Positions 1 to 9,023 of a stretch of DNA of 64,000 nucleotides are shown here, piece after piece. The stretch is taken from positions 8,866 to 72,865 of the forward strand of contig CAZBDU010000014.1 in NCBI GenBank assembly GCA_964490725.1, written 5' to 3'. How positions within the stretch are numbered: the first letter of the stretch is position 1; the number at the start of each line of letters is the position of its first letter. The DNA comes from an uncultured Spirochaetaceae bacterium (GTDB lineage Bacteria; Spirochaetota; Spirochaetia; SZUA-6; DRHE01). The position numbers were made by a program, and so were the translations under genes. The notes beneath the pieces were generated by a model. That model made no database searches. It saw nothing but the letters and a program-made list of their open reading frames with translations, and was not told the DNA's origin.

Positions 1-126
1 GCCACCACCGCCGCCGGCAAGGCCAGAGCCACGAAGGAGCCCTCAACGCGGCTACGTACTCCCTGTCGGGGTTGAATGGTCGTTCCTTTCTTCATATACT
101 CATCTATGGAGAAAGGGAGAAAGCGG

Positions 127-399
127 ATGGCATTGAACATCAAGAATCCGGTGGTAGAGCGGCTTGCGGCTGAGGTGGCACGTCTCGCCGGCGAGTCCAA
201 GACGGAGGCGGTACGGCGGGCCCTCGAGGAGCGCAAGGCGCGGCTTGCGTATCGAAGGGCGGACGGCGATCGACAGGCCAGGCTGCAGCGGTTTCTCGAG
301 AACGAGGTATGGCCGTCGGCGCCCGCCGGTGAGCTCGGCCGGCGCCTGCCCCGCAGCGCTGAGGAAGAGATCCTGGGCTACGGACCGGAGGGCGTGTGA
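127..399 (+). CDS. vapB: Type II antitoxin, VapB/FitA-like
   Basis: ATG at 127 follows a GGAGAAAGGGAG SD. N-terminus MALNIKNPVVERLAAEVARLAGESKTEAVRRALEE is typical of VapB-type antitoxins. Stop overlaps the downstream PIN gene start (GTGTGA). Confidence 0.6.
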   Translation: MALNIKNPVVERLAAEVARLAGESKTEAVRRALEERKARLAYRRADGDRQARLQRFLENEVWPSAPAGELGRRLPRSAEEEILGYGPEGV

Positions 400-782
400 T
401 CCTCGACAGCTCGGCTATCGTCGCCATCGTGATGCGCGAACCTGAGTTCGAACCCCTACTGGAGAGACTGGCCTCTGACCCGAACCCGGGGATCGGCGCC
501 CCGACGCTGGCCGAAACCGCGGTCGTGCTTTCAGCGCGGCTGCGAAGGGACGCCCGCTCCCTCCTTTCACGGCTACTGTCCGAGGCGTCGATCGCGGTGG
601 TGCCCTTCGGCGAAGCACACTTCGGCGCGGCAGTAGAGGCGTGGTTGAGGTTTGGCAAGGGCAGACATCCCGCGGCGCTGAACTTCGGAGACTGCCTGTC
701 CTATGCGGTGGCCAGGCTCGCCGACGCGCCGCTGTTGTGCGTCGGGAATGACTTTGCCAAGACCGACATCCCCCTCGCGTAG
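396..782 (+). CDS. vapC: PIN-domain toxin VapC
   Basis: Starts (V)ILDSSAIVAIV and continues LNFGDCLSYAVA, the acidic PIN signature layout. 4-nt overlap with the antitoxin. Confidence 0.8.
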   Translation: MILDSSAIVAIVMREPEFEPLLERLASDPNPGIGAPTLAETAVVLSARLRRDARSLLSRLLSEASIAVVPFGEAHFGAAVEAWLRFGKGRHPAALNFGDCLSYAVARLADAPLLCVGNDFAKTDIPLA

Positions 783-814
783 CCCGGCCGTCCCGGGAGC
801 GCGATTTCTTCTCT

Positions 815-1813
815 TCAGATCCCCTGGAAACGGAGCCAGGCCGCAAGCAGGCCGGGGACGTCCAGCAGGTTGGCAAAGGCCAGGATGGAGGCGGCCAGCA
901 ACGCCAGGAACAGCGCCAGGCGGCCGGGATAGAGCACGGCCCAGCGGGCGGCCGCGCGGGGGGCTGGGGGCCGCGAACCTGGCGCGAGCTCGCGCCGGAC
1001 CCTGAGGCCGTACAGCGCCGCGGCCAGCAAGGCCAGGGCCAGAAACAGGCCGCCAAACAGCAGTCGCGGACCGGCTGGGTCACTGCGGCTCCACGCCTCC
1101 AGGCCCGCGGCCAGCCGGAAGAGGAACACGTTCAGCCGCGCCAGGCTTCCGGTGAAGATGAGCGCCCCCAGCATCACCAGGAAGGCGCCGCTGCCGATCC
1201 TGACGGCGCGCAGATACGGCCTGATGCGGGCCATCTGTCTCGCGAACCAGGAGAAGAAGGCCCCGGCCAGGAGGAAAGGCGTGCCCAGCCCCAGGGAGTA
1301 CACCGCCAGCAGCAGGGTCCCGTGGGCCACCTTCCCGGAAGCGCCGGCCAGGAAGAGAATGGAGGCCAGGATGGGCCCGACGCAGGGGGTCCATCCGGCC
1401 CCGAAGGCCAGCCCCAGCAGGCCCGCCCCCAGGGCGCCCCGCGGCCGCTTGCGGAGGTGAAACCGGCGTTCGACGTTCAGCACCTTCCAGAAGTCGAAGA
1501 TGAAGTTCAGGCCGAAGAACACCACCACCGCCCCGGCAACCCGATTGATCGTCTGCTGGGCGCCGCTCAGGGCCAGACCTGCGCTGCTGAACAGGGCCCC
1601 GAGGGCCATGAAGACCAGGGAGAAGCCGGCCACGAAGAACAGGGTGCGCAGGAACACACCGCGGCGCGAGGCCCCCTGCCCGGTCAGCTCGCCGTAGGAG
1701 ATTCCCCCCAGGAAGCTGAGGTAGGAGGGGATGATGGGCAGAATGCAGGGAGATACGAAGGAAGCCACCCCGGCAACGAAGGCGATGAGCAGCGAGACAT
1801 TGTCGGCGAACAC
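815..1813 (-). CDS. ccdA: CcdA/DsbD-family thiol-disulfide electron transporter with extra C-terminal TM segments
   Basis: Motif VASFVSPCILPIIP plus a second WTPCVGPIL Cys motif. GTG at 1813 is preceded by AGGAG. I trimmed the track ORF because its 5' end would overlap the upstream TlpA gene. Confidence 0.8.
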   Translation of the reverse strand: MFADNVSLLIAFVAGVASFVSPCILPIIPSYLSFLGGISYGELTGQGASRRGVFLRTLFFVAGFSLVFMALGALFSSAGLALSGAQQTINRVAGAVVVFFGLNFIFDFWKVLNVERRFHLRKRPRGALGAGLLGLAFGAGWTPCVGPILASILFLAGASGKVAHGTLLLAVYSLGLGTPFLLAGAFFSWFARQMARIRPYLRAVRIGSGAFLVMLGALIFTGSLARLNVFLFRLAAGLEAWSRSDPAGPRLLFGGLFLALALLAAALYGLRVRRELAPGSRPPAPRAAARWAVLYPGRLALFLALLAASILAFANLLDVPGLLAAWLRFQGI

Positions 1814-1842
1814 TGGAGTCTCCTGATTGCGGCCTCGCGGCT

Positions 1843-2421
1843 CTACCGCCCGCTCTGGTCCAGGGACACTCCTTCGTAGGAGACGCCGTCCTTCAAGACC
1901 GTCCGGAAGGTGGCGATCATCTCCGGGGTATCCCACTCTCTGGCCCCGATGGCCCTGGCGAAGATCTTGCCGTTGCGGTCGATCAGGTAGGTCGTGGGAA
2001 TGCTGCGGGCTCCATACTGGGCCCCCACCATCCCCGTGCGGTCCATCAGCACCGTGAAGTCCAGCCCCAGCTCCTTCATGAACCGGCGTACCTGGTCGTT
2101 GGACTCCTGGAGGTTCACGGCCACGATCTGCAACCCTTCACCGCGAAGCTGCTCGTGCACCCTCTGCATGGACGGCATCTCCGACCTGCACGGGCCGCAC
2201 CAGGTGGCCCAGAAGTTCAGGAAGACCACCTTCCCGCGGTAGGAGCCGAGCGTTCGGGTTACTCCGTCCAGGTCCTTCAGCTCGAACTCCACCGGGTCCA
2301 GCGGCTTCCTGGCCACCTCGACGGCCTGGGACATCAGCCGCTCCTGAACCGTTTCGGCGGTAGCCAGGCCTGCCCCCAGGGCCACAGCCAGCGCCGCCAA
2401 CACGAAAACCTTTCCGTTCAT
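1843..2421 (-). CDS. TlpA/ResA-like membrane-anchored thioredoxin-fold thiol:disulfide oxidoreductase
   Basis: Signal/anchor MNGKVFVLAALAVALGA and active site WATWCGPCRSEMP. ATG at 2421 is preceded by GAAGGAGAGGG. Confidence 0.85.
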   Translation of the reverse strand: MNGKVFVLAALAVALGAGLATAETVQERLMSQAVEVARKPLDPVEFELKDLDGVTRTLGSYRGKVVFLNFWATWCGPCRSEMPSMQRVHEQLRGEGLQIVAVNLQESNDQVRRFMKELGLDFTVLMDRTGMVGAQYGARSIPTTYLIDRNGKIFARAIGAREWDTPEMIATFRTVLKDGVSYEGVSLDQSGR

Positions 2422-2512
2422 CGATAGATCCCTCTCCTTCACTGGAATTCCGCCCGCCGTCGCGGGCTGGATCGCGGAATCAAGCGCGACCCGTCGAGCG
2501 CACGGCGGCGGG

Positions 2513-2842
2513 CTAGATCAGGAGAGATCCTTTCTGCAGGTAGAGGGGAGCCGCCGGTGCGGAGGGTGCAGGCCCCCGCTGAAGAGCCAGTTCCACAGGG
2601 GCGGTCCGGACAGCTCCGGCGCCTGCCGGCAACGCCTGCAGCGCCGGCGCTGGATGCCTGTGGATCTCGATCAGGGTTTGCTGGGGAGCACCGGCGGTAA
2701 AGGTGCATCCCGGAGCTTCCGCGCCGCTCATCGGGCTCTGCCCCTGCCGCTCGTAAGGGCAGGCAGCCATGCCGCCCTGCAGTCCCGAGGCCAGGAGCGC
2801 TGCCAGCAGAAGGAGAACGGGTGCGGAACGCGCCGATCTCAT
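2513..2842 (-). CDS. Hypothetical small secreted protein
   Basis: MRSARSAPVLLLLAALLASG looks like a signal peptide and there are two Cys (CPY..PGC). Lies between the ATPase stop and tlpA. No clear SD. Confidence 0.3.
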   Translation of the reverse strand: MRSARSAPVLLLLAALLASGLQGGMAACPYERQGQSPMSGAEAPGCTFTAGAPQQTLIEIHRHPAPALQALPAGAGAVRTAPVELALQRGPAPSAPAAPLYLQKGSLLI

Positions 2843-2858
2843 GACCAATGTATGGTAA

Positions 2859-5111
2859 TCAGCCGCCGGGCCTACCGTCAAGGGGCACGCTCCGATACGC
2901 AGCGGGAAGCAGCTGGCCCAGGAAGGAGCTGGCCAGCACCGCGCTCACGCTGGCCGCCATGGCGGCCATGGCCCACACCGGGTGCACCAGGCCCGTGATC
3001 GCCGCCGGGATCCCGACGCCGTTGAAGGAAAAGGCCAGAATGAGGTTCCGCACCGTTCGGCGGTAGGAGGCTGCCCCGATGTGGTAGGCGTCCATGACCG
3101 CCGTCAGCCGCTCCCCCAGGAGGACGACGTCCGAGGACTCGATGGCGATGTCCGTGCCGGCGCCCACGGCGATGCCCACGTCCGCCTGCATGAGGGCCGG
3201 GGCGTCGTTGATTCCGTCCCCCACGACGGCTACTCGCTGGCCCCGCTCCTGGTATCCGCGCACCGCTTCAACCTTGCCGCCGGGGAGCACCCCGGCGCTC
3301 ACCTTCTCGATACCCAGCTCGCCTGCCACCGCGCGCGCGGTGCGCAGGTTGTCTCCGGTGATCATCATCGGCTCCAGGCCGGCTTTCCGTACCCGTCGGA
3401 TCGCTTCGCGGGCGTCGGGCTTCGGAGCATCGGCAATGCCGATCAGCCCGGCGAGCCGTCCTCCCACGGCCACTCCAACCACGGTCCTGCCGGCTTCTTC
3501 CAGGCGTGCGGCTGCCTCCCGCCCCCGGGAAAGCTCCACTCCGGCCTGCTGCAGGAAGCGGAAGGAACCTGCCAGCACCGGCCGTCCGGCCAGGACGGCG
3601 CTCACCCCCTGCCCCGGGGCGGCGCGAAAGTCCTGGACCGCGCCCCACTGCAGCGCCTCCGAGCGGGCCCGGCTCACCACGGCGCCTGCCAGGGGATGCT
3701 CGGAAGGCTCCTCCACGGCGGCCGCCAGCCGCAGCACTTCCCGCGGGTCCCGGGCCGCGAGGGGGAGCACCTCCGTCACCTCCGGTCTGCCTGCGGTGAG
3801 GGTGCCGGTCTTGTCGAAGATGACCCCCGAAAGCTCCCTCATGACCTGGAACGCCTCCGGAGAGCGCATCAGCACGCCCTTGCCTGCAGCCTCTGCGGAG
3901 CCCCGGATCATCGCCAGGGGCGCGGCCATGCCCAGAGCGCACGGGTACCCCATGACCAGCGCCGCCAGGGCGGCGTAAAGCGCCCGGCCGGGCAGGGCCG
4001 CGCCGGTCACGAGCCAGACGCCGAGCGTCCAGGTAAGGAGCGCGACACCTGAGGCGGCCAGCACCCCCGGCACGTAGTAGCGGAGCACCCGGTCGGTGAG
4101 ATGCAGGATGCCCGGCTTCATGGCCCGGGCTTCCTCGATATGCCGGGCCACCTGCCGCAGGAAGCTCTGCTCGCCCGTGCGGGTCACCTGGATCAGCAGG
4201 CTGCCGTTCCCGTTGATGGAGCCGCCGATCACCTCGTCTCCGGCTTGCCTTTCCACCGGCATGGACTCGCCGGTGACGATGCTCCCGTCGACCGCCGAGC
4301 TGCCCTCCAGGATCCGCCCGTCCACCGGGATCCGTTCTCCCGGGCGCACCCGGACCGTATCCCCGGGACGAACCGCGGCGGCGGGCACCTCCTTTTCCCG
4401 GCCGTCCCGGACCACCCGGGCGGTCTCGGGCTCCAGGCTGAGGAGCCTGCGCACAGCGTCGGACGCCCGCGCCCTCACCAGCTTGGCTACGTAGCCCGAG
4501 AGAATGTGGTAGCCCGTCACGAAGGCGGCGACGGCGAAGAAGTCCGGCGCGGGGAAGCGGAACGCCGCCGGTATACCCGGCAGCACGGCGGCCGCCAGGC
4601 CCAGCACGCCTCCGCCCAGGCCGGCGAAGGCGGCCGCCTCCAGCAGCACGTGCTGATTCAGGATGCCCCGCTGGAGGGACCGGACGGCCATCTTCAGGAT
4701 GGACCATCCAGGCCCGAGGGCGGTCCCGAGGGCCAGCGCCGCCATGGGCCAGCGGAACCAGGGCCGGGACAGCCCGAGCCAGCGCAGCAGCATCATCGCG
4801 ACCACGAGACCCACGAAGCCAGCCGCCACGACCAGCCGCCGCCGCTCCTCTTCCAGCTCCTGCCGCTGCTGCTCGAAGGCGCGCACCTTGTCGGGGTCGC
4901 GCACGGTGTAGCCGAGCTCCCTCAGCAGCACCTCCAGGCGGACGGGGCTGCTCTGCTCCGGGTCGTATTCGACCAGCGCCTCCTCGTGGGCCAGGCTCAC
5001 GTGCGCGCGCCGCACTCCGCTCTCCCGCTCCAGGGCCCTGCGGATGGTCTCGGTGCAGAACGAGCAGGACATGCCGCCGATCTTGAGCTGCAGCCTTCGG
5101 CGCGGACTCAC
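2859..5111 (-). CDS. P1B-type heavy-metal ATPase with an atypical TM6 motif (YPC instead of CPC)
   Basis: HMA domain GMSCSFC, plus TGES, DKTGTLT and [12 protein letters not shown]6 reads GYPCALGMAAP, with the YPC codons at 3939-3947. GTG start at 5111 overlaps the MerR stop (GTGA). Confidence 0.9.
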   Translation of the reverse strand: MSPRRRLQLKIGGMSCSFCTETIRRALERESGVRRAHVSLAHEEALVEYDPEQSSPVRLEVLLRELGYTVRDPDKVRAFEQQRQELEEERRRLVVAAGFVGLVVAMMLLRWLGLSRPWFRWPMAALALGTALGPGWSILKMAVRSLQRGILNQHVLLEAAAFAGLGGGVLGLAAAVLPGIPAAFRFPAPDFFAVAAFVTGYHILSGYVAKLVRARASDAVRRLLSLEPETARVVRDGREKEVPAAAVRPGDTVRVRPGERIPVDGRILEGSSAVDGSIVTGESMPVERQAGDEVIGGSINGNGSLLIQVTRTGEQSFLRQVARHIEEARAMKPGILHLTDRVLRYYVPGVLAASGVALLTWTLGVWLVTGAALPGRALYAALAALVMGYPCALGMAAPLAMIRGSAEAAGKGVLMRSPEAFQVMRELSGVIFDKTGTLTAGRPEVTEVLPLAARDPREVLRLAAAVEEPSEHPLAGAVVSRARSEALQWGAVQDFRAAPGQGVSAVLAGRPVLAGSFRFLQQAGVELSRGREAAARLEEAGRTVVGVAVGGRLAGLIGIADAPKPDAREAIRRVRKAGLEPMMITGDNLRTARAVAGELGIEKVSAGVLPGGKVEAVRGYQERGQRVAVVGDGINDAPALMQADVGIAVGAGTDIAIESSDVVLLGERLTAVMDAYHIGAASYRRTVRNLILAFSFNGVGIPAAITGLVHPVWAMAAMAASVSAVLASSFLGQLLPAAYRSVPLDGRPGG

Positions 5112-5533
5112 AGCCGCCCCTTGGTCGGGCCGGAATGTCCCCGTCCGCCGCCAGAGGGTCGATCGCTGCGCCCAACGTAGCAGCCCGACAGATTCGCGCA
5201 CCGGCAGGTGAGCCCGTGCCTCAGAATGCTCCGCATCCGCTCGACGTTTTTCGCCAGCCGGTCCAGGTCCCGAAGCTTGCGGCGCGCCAGGTCGCGGCAT
5301 TCCCGGGAGGGATCCTCTCCGGAACGAAAGCTCCCCAGGAGGACCTTGATCTCCTGGAGGTTGAAGCCCAACCCCTGGGCAGCCCTGACCGCCTGGAGCG
5401 CCTCCAGCGTGCCAGGCCCGTACGCTCGCTGGCCGCTCGCACGCGGAGTCGCCGGCAGAACCCCGATGCTCTCGTAGTAGCGGATCGCGGATGCCGGGGT
5501 GCCGCTGCGTTCCGCCACCTCGCCTATCTTCAT
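5108..5533 (-). CDS. MerR-family metal-responsive transcriptional regulator
   Basis: MKIGEVAERSGTPASAIRYYESIGVLP helix-turn-helix. C-terminal Cys cluster LTCRCANLSGC. First gene of the ATPase operon. Confidence 0.85.
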   Translation of the reverse strand: MKIGEVAERSGTPASAIRYYESIGVLPATPRASGQRAYGPGTLEALQAVRAAQGLGFNLQEIKVLLGSFRSGEDPSRECRDLARRKLRDLDRLAKNVERMRSILRHGLTCRCANLSGCYVGRSDRPSGGGRGHSGPTKGRL

Positions 5534-5595
5534 GACTTCGCCTCGCTTGCCTTCAAGTTGTACGTTCGCCCCAGCAAAGGTCAAGGAGGACGACC

Positions 5596-6650
5596 ATGAT
5601 GTCACGATGGGTGAGTCGAACAAGCGCGGCCGCAGCGGCGGCGATGCTGCTGCTGGCGGGGGCGCTGCCCCGGCAGGCGGACGCCGGCGCGGCCCGGGAA
5701 CAGTCGGTGCGAGCGCGGGCCGGCGCGGTCCCGTTGGGTCAGCCCCGCACCGGCGCCGAGGTGGACGTGAAGCAGGAGCCCGGCAAGACGGTGTACTGGA
5801 TCCTGCCGGGACCGCGGCGCCTGGGGGCCGAGGAGTGGGGCACCCCCGAGCGTCCCCGGGCGCTGCTGCCGCCGGTGCTGGCGAAGGCCCGCGCGCTGCC
5901 GCCGCCCCTGAACCGGTCGGTGCCGGAGCTGCTGCGGAAGCTTCCGATCCTGGGCGGACTACCCCTCGGGGCTCGGGAGACGAGCCCGGACGGGAGTCTT
6001 TTTACCACGACCAAAGGCCCCACCGCGGTGAGCGATTCCGGCCGCATCGTCAGCGGCCAGTTCCACGTGACCTACGTCGACCGGCAGCCCTACGACCTTG
6101 GCGGCCCGCTCACGCAGACGAAGGACCGGGTGGAGGCCAGCGCTGAGTTCACCGACCCCCAGGGCAACCGCTACCGGCTGATCGTGGACAGGCTGTGGCA
6201 GCCGCCCATTCCTGGATGGGAAACCGGTGGGGGGGTGCTGACGGGCGCCTGGATCCACGGCGGCAGCGCCACCGAGTCGCCGCTGTTCCCACGCGCGTTC
6301 GCTTACGGCGCCTTCTGGGCCCTGGGGCGAGTCGTGGTGAACGGTGAGGTGGTGAACCAGGAGCAGTGGATCCACTTCATGACCACCCAGACGGTACGGG
6401 ACAAGGACTACCGGCTGGCCACCCAGGACGAGCTTCCCCTGGACCCCCGGGACACGATCGCGGGGCAGATCCATCACGCGCACATCGTGGTGCGGCCTGT
6501 GGCCAACACCCCCGGCGGGCCGGTGTTCGAGCCGGTGCACACGGCCTTCACCCTGTCGAACGGCCAGAAACAGCCCTTCCTGCACATCATGTTCGAGCAG
6601 AACACGATCGTTCGCGGGCCCTTCAGGGACTGGGCTCCCACCGGGTCTGA
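5596..6650 (+). CDS. Secreted protein of unknown function; probably the N-terminal part of a frameshifted gene
   Basis: AAGGAGG SD and signal peptide MMSRWVSRTSAAAAAAMLLLAGALPRQADA. Composition is protein-like up to ..FEQNTIVRGPFRDWAPTG. After about 6650 this frame becomes Arg/Gly-rich nonsense while the +1 frame carries a cupredoxin domain. Confidence 0.5.
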
Positions 6651-6661
6651 ACGGGCCGGCA

Positions 6662-7237
6662 GTGCCGGCCCGGACCGTGGCGAGAGGGACGGCCGTGGTC
6701 GTGAAAGGCACGGAGTTCGCTTACAATCCCGACAGCATCACCCTGCAGGCCGGCAAGCAGGCCACCGTCAGGTTCGAGAATCGGGGCACCCTGGCGCACA
6801 ACCTGGTGATCGGCGACCTCGGGGTGGCGACGGACACGATCCAGCCGGGAAGCGCCGCCACCAGCACCTTCGTGCCTTCTCGAACGGGGACGTTTCGCTT
6901 CTGGTGCAGCGTGCCGGGCCACCGGGAGGCCGGAATGGAGGGAGAGCTGCACGTGACACCTTGGCCCCCGGGGGGAGGGCAGCTTCGGAGGGAAAGACAG
7001 GGGAGACTCGCCGGACAGGCGGCGCGGCGCCGTGCTGCCATCCGAAGAGCCGGACTCATCTGGAGCCAACGGGGCCTTGAGGCCGGGGCCGCGGAGACGG
7101 AGGCAGACAGCGTCCGCGGTCCCGGCGTGGAGGCACGCCTGGATCTACGGTCGCTCGTTCACACGCTGTTTTCAAGTCTTGCACTGGCCGTTAGCAGAGC
7201 ACGTCGAAACAGCGCACCTGCCATGGCTCTGCGGTAA
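6662..7237 (+). CDS. Cupredoxin (type-1 copper, plastocyanin/azurin-like) domain ORF, likely the C-terminal part of the preceding gene
   Basis: VVVKGTEFAYNPDSITLQAGKQATVRFENRGTLAHNLVI...FWCSVPGHREAGMEGELHV shows the His..Cys..His..Met ligand pattern. It has no signal peptide of its own. Beyond about 6960 the tail is low-complexity and runs into the low-GC island. Confidence 0.6.
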   Translation: MPARTVARGTAVVVKGTEFAYNPDSITLQAGKQATVRFENRGTLAHNLVIGDLGVATDTIQPGSAATSTFVPSRTGTFRFWCSVPGHREAGMEGELHVTPWPPGGGQLRRERQGRLAGQAARRRAAIRRAGLIWSQRGLEAGAAETEADSVRGPGVEARLDLRSLVHTLFSSLALAVSRARRNSAPAMALR

Positions 7238-8022
7238 TCGCTGGAAGATCGTACGTCGGAAATGGGATTGATTCTACGCTCTATTGCTTCCACAGCCTGC
7301 TTCAAGACCTCTTCGGTCCATGCATTGCCGGACAAGACCTCCTCAATCTCGTAAACCCTGATGACAGTCGGGCCAACTGAAGCGAAGGCCGCCCTGACTT
7401 CCTTTCTCCCGGTCAAACATATCGCAACTCCAACCAGAGACAAATCGACGCCCCGGGTCCTTCCCAGTTTCAAGTAGCAGGAGGAACCAGACGGTTCAAA
7501 TGGTGGCAGATCGATACTTTCAACCATCTCCCCGCGTCGCAGATTCGTTGTTCCGGGACCTACCAAGAATTCCTCGATCCGCAGTCTCCTCCTTCCCTTG
7601 AGGCTCACGAGGTTCAAGCAGGCGTCGAAGATCAACAGAGGTGGTACAGTGTCTGCCGCCGGCGACGCGTTGCAGATATTTCCGGCCAACGTGGCCCGGT
7701 TCCTTATTTGCACTGAACCCACTGTCATGGCGGCTTCTGCCAGAGCCCGGTAGTCCTGCGAAATGGCCGCATTGGCTGCGATCTGGGACATCGTCGCGGC
7801 GGCTCCTATTCGCAGGCCACCCTTGCGCAAGGGCGTGATCGCCTTGAGGGTTTCCAGCCTGCTTATTCCTATCACGAGCTCGACATCGATCGTGTCTTTG
7901 CGAAGGCCAACCAGCAGATCCGTACCCCCTGCCATGATGCGGGCGTTCTGCCCATGTTTCTGAAGGTATCTGCAAACGTCTTCGACGCTCTTGCATTGCA
8001 CGAAAGCGAAAGTGCTACTCAT
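7159..8022 (-). CDS. Molybdenum hydroxylase FAD-binding medium subunit (CoxM/XdhB-like)
   Basis: MSSTFAFVQCKSVEDV..IMAGGTDLLV..ATLAGNICNASPAADT match FAD_binding_5 / CO dehydrogenase flavoprotein motifs. Confidence 0.85.
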   Translation of the reverse strand: MSSTFAFVQCKSVEDVCRYLQKHGQNARIMAGGTDLLVGLRKDTIDVELVIGISRLETLKAITPLRKGGLRIGAAATMSQIAANAAISQDYRALAEAAMTVGSVQIRNRATLAGNICNASPAADTVPPLLIFDACLNLVSLKGRRRLRIEEFLVGPGTTNLRRGEMVESIDLPPFEPSGSSCYLKLGRTRGVDLSLVGVAICLTGRKEVRAAFASVGPTVIRVYEIEEVLSGNAWTEEVLKQAVEAIERRINPISDVRSSSDYRRAMAGALFRRALLTASARLENSV

Positions 8023-8129
8023 CGGCGGTAATTCTTCGATTTGACACGATTTCAACAATCGTCAGCATGTTCTTTCATGAACCAGGAGCGCGCCTGTGCT
8101 TGTTCTCTACAGGGGCTCTCCCTGGACTG

Positions 8130-8825
8130 CTACTTGTCGGCAAACCACTTCAGCAGCGAATTCATGGCCCGGAATATGTGATCTTTGACTCGCTTTTCCG
8201 CCAATACTTTGTTTCGCGCCAGACAGGCTTCGTAGATTCCCACATGATCCTCATGGTTCACAGCAAGCTGCTGCAGGAAATGGTGTGAGATCACCATATA
8301 TCGACTGATGTTGTTTCGCAGCTGGACAATCATGCCGTTGAGGGTGTCCCACTCGGATGGCTCATAGAGCATGGTATGGAATTGGGTATTCAATTCGAGA
8401 AAGCTCACAATATCATCGTCATCACCGGTATCAGCGAGTTGCTTGAGGACCTTCTCGACGTCGCTCAGGTGTTTGTCCGTATAAGCGGGTACAGCGGTCC
8501 GAATAGCCAGGCCTTCCAGAACGGCCCGAATGTTGTATATCTCGTTGATTTCTGACTCGGACAATTCGGTTACCGTGACACCCCTTTTGTATACACGTTT
8601 CACCAGACCTTCCGATTCCAGCACCCCCATTGCCTGACGCACGGGCATCCGACTCATATTCAGCAATTCCGCGATCATTTCCTCATCGATCGCCTGTCCC
8701 GGGGGAAGAACACCCGTGATGATCGCCTTGCGAAGAGCGGCGGTGGCGTATGACTCAGCCTTGAAAGCACGGCCGAAATCACTATTCAGCACGCGGTGAA
8801 GCCTCTCTATGTCGACTCCTTCCAT
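8130..8825 (-). CDS. GntR-family (FadR/FCD-type) transcriptional regulator
   Basis: IAELLNMSRMPVRQAMGVLESEGLVKRV winged helix-turn-helix plus an alpha-helical C-terminal domain. ATG at 8825 is preceded by AAGGAG. Confidence 0.85.
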   Translation of the reverse strand: MEGVDIERLHRVLNSDFGRAFKAESYATAALRKAIITGVLPPGQAIDEEMIAELLNMSRMPVRQAMGVLESEGLVKRVYKRGVTVTELSESEINEIYNIRAVLEGLAIRTAVPAYTDKHLSDVEKVLKQLADTGDDDDIVSFLELNTQFHTMLYEPSEWDTLNGMIVQLRNNISRYMVISHHFLQQLAVNHEDHVGIYEACLARNKVLAEKRVKDHIFRAMNSLLKWFADK

Positions 8826-8849
8826 GAATCGGGACTCCTTCGTTTTCCT

Positions 8850-8871
8850 ATGATCTATGATCATAGATCAT
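8850..8871. promoter_or_regulatory. 22-bp perfect palindrome ATGATCTATGATCATAGATCAT in the divergent GntR/hydroxylase promoter region
   Basis: Read directly; the sequence equals its own reverse complement. A related half-site ATCATAGAT recurs at 8999-9007, just upstream of the 2Fe-2S subunit gene. Confidence 0.55.
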
Positions 8872-9023
8872 AATAGCAATATAAAGCATAGCGCGAATTG
8901 GGTCAAGCAGGAAAGAAAAGCAATTATACACCCAAGAAAGTCAGTGAAACGAGACATTCATGACTTGACAGAACGCCGATGATAATCAAAGATCAGTAAT
9001 CATAGATATGTCATCCTGGGGTC

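Noticed and set aside
2443-2512. Nested inverted repeats (ATTCCGC...GCGGAAT enclosing GCCCGC-CGTC-GCGGGC) between the small secreted-protein gene and tlpA, as a regulatory attenuator.
   Set aside because: This is a plausible intra-operon hairpin but it is short and GC-rich in a GC-rich genome. It has no U-tract and no competing structure that I can see, so the support is insufficient.
3268-5175. Very long alternative-frame or antisense ORFs overlapping clear genes. Examples: 3268-5175(-), 18092-19525(-), 22034-23854(-), 30518-31924(-), 31991-33202(-), 36245-38029(+), 37413-39140(-), 41392-42882(-), 59431-61401(+).
   Set aside because: Their translations are Arg/Gly/Pro/Ala-rich low-complexity text with no recognisable motifs. 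Each overlaps a gene with strong family signatures. Stop-poor shadow frames of this kind are expected in high-G+C DNA.
5534-5595. A MerR-type operator (dyad within a 19-20 bp spacer promoter) between the merR-like gene and the divergent secreted-protein gene.
   Set aside because: There is an imperfect inverted repeat (CTTGCCTT ... AAGGTCAAG). I could not fit it to a convincing -35/-10 pair with the long spacer typical of MerR promoters on either strand.
6650-7080. The C-terminal 140 aa of the 494-aa track ORF (5596-7080) as genuine protein sequence.
   Set aside because: After about 6650 the translation becomes RAGSAGPDRGERDGRGRERHG..., which is typical out-of-frame text. The +1 frame over the same nucleotides encodes an unmistakable cupredoxin domain.
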